Positions 61,479 to 64,000 of a stretch of DNA of 64,000 nt are shown one piece after another. The position numbers and the translations under genes are program-made. Position 1 is the stretch's first letter. Each line of letters opens with the position of its first letter. The stretch comes from Lama guanicoe (lineage: Eukaryota), in contig MU053917.1 of the NCBI GenBank assembly GCA_013239625.1, forward strand, positions 82,170 to 146,169, written 5' to 3'. The notes under the pieces were generated by a model. It was not told the DNA's origin. It did no database searches and saw only the letters and a program-made list of their open reading frames with translations.

Positions 61479-63908
61479 TTTTAAAACATTTTTTATTGAG
61501 TTATAGTAATTTTACAATGTGTCAAATTCCAGTGTAGAATACGATTTTTCAGTTATACATGAACATACGTATATTCGTTGTCACATTTTTTTCACTGTGA
61601 GCTACCACGAGATCTTGTATGTATTTCCCTGTGCTATACAGGATAATCTTGTTTATCTATTCTGCATATGCCTGTCAGTATCTACAAATTTTGAACTCCT
61701 AGTGTATCCCTCCCCATCCTCCTCCCCCTTGGCAACCACAAGTTTGTATTCTATATTCATCAGTCTGTTTTGTATTTATGTTTTTGTTTTTGTTTTTTTT
61801 AAGATTCCACATATTATGAGCGATCTCATATGGTATTTTTCTTTCTTTGTCTGGCTTACTTCACCTAGAATGACATTCTCCAGGAACATCCATGTTGCTG
61901 CAAATGGTGTTATGTTGTCAGTTTTTATGGCTGAATAGTATTCCATTGTATAAATATACCACTTCTTCTTTATCCAGTCATCTGTTGATGGACATTTAGG
62001 CTGTTTCCATGTCTTGGCTATTGTAAATAGTGCTGCTATGAACATTGGGGTGCAGGTGTCTTTTTGAAGTAGGATATATGCCCTTCTGGATATATGCCCA
62101 GGAGCAGGATACCTGGGTCCTATGGTAAGTCTATTCCTAGTCTTTTGAGGAATTTCCATCCTGTTTTCCACAGTGGCTGCACCAAACTGCATTCCCACCA
62201 GCAGTGTAGGAGGGTTCCTTTTTCTCCACAGCCTCTCCGGCATTTGTCATTTGTGGACTTCTATATGATGGCCATTCTGACTGGTGTGAGGTGATAACCT
62301 CATTGTAGTTTTGATTTGCATTTCTCTGATAATTAGTGATATTGAGCATTTTTTCATGTGCCTATTGATCCTTTGTATGTCTTCCTTGGAGAATTGCTTG
62401 TTTAGGTCTTCTGCCCGTTTTTGGATTGGGTTGTTTGTTTCTTACTGAGTTGTATGAGCTGCTTATATATTCTGGAGATCAATTCTTTGTTGGTTTCATT
62501 TGCAAAAATTTTCTCCCATTCTGTAGGTTGTCTTTTTGTTTTACTTGGTTTCCTTTACTTTGGTTTCCTTTGCTGTACAGAAGCTTCTAAGTTTAATTAG
62601 GTCCCATTTGTTTATTCTTGCTTTTATTTCTGTTGCTTGGGTTGACTGCCCTAGGAGAACATTTTTGAGATGTATGTCAGATGATGTTTTGCCTATATTT
62701 TCTTCTAGGATGTTTATTATATCTTGTTTTATGTTTAAGTCTTTGATCCATTTTGAGTTTATTTTTGTGTATGGCGTAAGGGAGTGCTCTAGCTTCATTG
62801 CTTTACATGCTGCTGTCCAGTTTTCCCAACACCATTTGCTGAAGAGACTGTCTTTACTCCATTGTGTATTCTTGACTCCTTTGTCGAAGATTAGTTGACC
62901 AAAAGTTTGTGGGTTCATTTCTGGGCTCTCTATTCTGTTCCATCGGTCTAGATGTCTGTTTTTGTACAATACCATGCTGTCTTGATGACTGTAGCTCTAT
63001 AGTATTGTCTGAAGTCTGGGAGAGTTATTCCTCCAGCCTCGTTCTTTCTCTTCAGTAATGCTTTGGCAATTCTAGGTCTTTTGTGGTTCCATATGAATCT
63101 TACTATGATTTGTTCTAGTTCTGTGAAATATGTCCTGGGTCATTTGATAGGGATTGCATTAAATCTGTAGATTGCCTTGGGGAGTATGACCATTTTAACA
63201 ATATTGATTCTTCCAATCCAGGAGCGTGGGATATCTTTCCATTTTTTTAAGTGTTCTTTAATTTCCTTAATCAGTGTCTTATAGTTTTCCGTTTGTAAGT
63301 CTTTCACCTCCTTGGTTAGATTCATTCCTAGGTATTTTATTACTTTGGGTGCTATTTTAAAGGGGATTGATTCTTTACTTTCTTTTTCTGTTGATTAATC
63401 GTTAGTGTAAAGAAATGCAACTGGTTTTGAACATTAATCTTGTAACCTGCTACCTTGCTGAATTCTTTGATTATTTCTAGTAGTTTTTGTGTGGACCTTT
63501 TAGGGTTTTCTATACATANNNNNNNNNNNNNNNNNNNNNNNNNNNNNNNNNNNNNNNNNNNNNNNNNNNNNNNNNNNNNNNNNNNNNNNNNNNNNNNNNN
63601 NNNNNNNNNNNNNNNNNNNNNNNNNNNNNNNNNNNNNNNNNNNNNNNNNNNNNNNNNNNNNNNNNNNNNNNNNNNNNNNNNNNNNNNNNNNNNNNNNNNN
63701 NCTCGTCTTGTATTTTAGTGGGAAGCTTTTGAGTTTTTCAGCATTGACTACTATGCTGGCTGTAGGTTTGTCATATACAGCTGTTATGATGTTGAGATCT
63801 GTTCCCTCTGTACCCACTTTGCTGAGCGTTTTTATCATATAGGGGTGTTGAATTTTATCAAATGCTTTTTCTGCATCGATTGAGATAATCATGTGGCTTT
63901 TGTCCTTT
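61479..63908 (-). mobile_element. 5'-truncated L1 (ORF2 RT to 3'UTR) with TSD
   Basis: ORF2 remnants ([49 protein letters not shown]). TSD ccggcgaggcgcttttt (61462-61478) and ccggtgaagtgcttttt (63909-63925). Confidence 0.93.
63519..63701. other. Assembly gap (183 N) inside L1
   Basis: Run of N. Confidence 1.
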
Positions 63909-64000
63909 CCGGTGAAGTGCTTTTTGACATTGAAAATCTGTCCTCTCATCTGCTGTTAACATCTTGAGAATCCAGTTTACAGTGGTTTTACAGTTCTTTG

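Overview
Mammalian genomic DNA, probably camelid, inferred from tRNA-Ala-derived SINEs resembling vic-1. I found no intact protein-coding gene. The window looks like a patchwork of old, decayed duplicated segments from unrelated loci, all on the + strand: (1) the 3' half of the first coding exon of ADGRB1/BAI1 (2031-2514, frameshifted); (2) a lone WNT7B exon 3 with both splice sites (22667-22932, frame open but diverged); (3) a PUS1 processed pseudogene (~41230-42750); (4) candidate exons of an unidentified AT-rich gene (46161-49800); (5) a CpG-island promoter (50320-51780) with candidate downstream exons; (6) three consecutive COL12A1 fibronectin-III exons with introns (59694-61072, disabled). 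Base composition switches abruptly near 2030, 42900 and 50300. Also present: L1, L2, MIR, MaLR, ERV LTR, DNA-transposon and SINE repeats, an L1 insertion carrying extra non-L1 sequence inside a perfect 17-bp target-site duplication, a near-perfect 342-bp tandem duplication, and two N gaps. Gene and repeat-family names come from recalled sequences, not from a database search.
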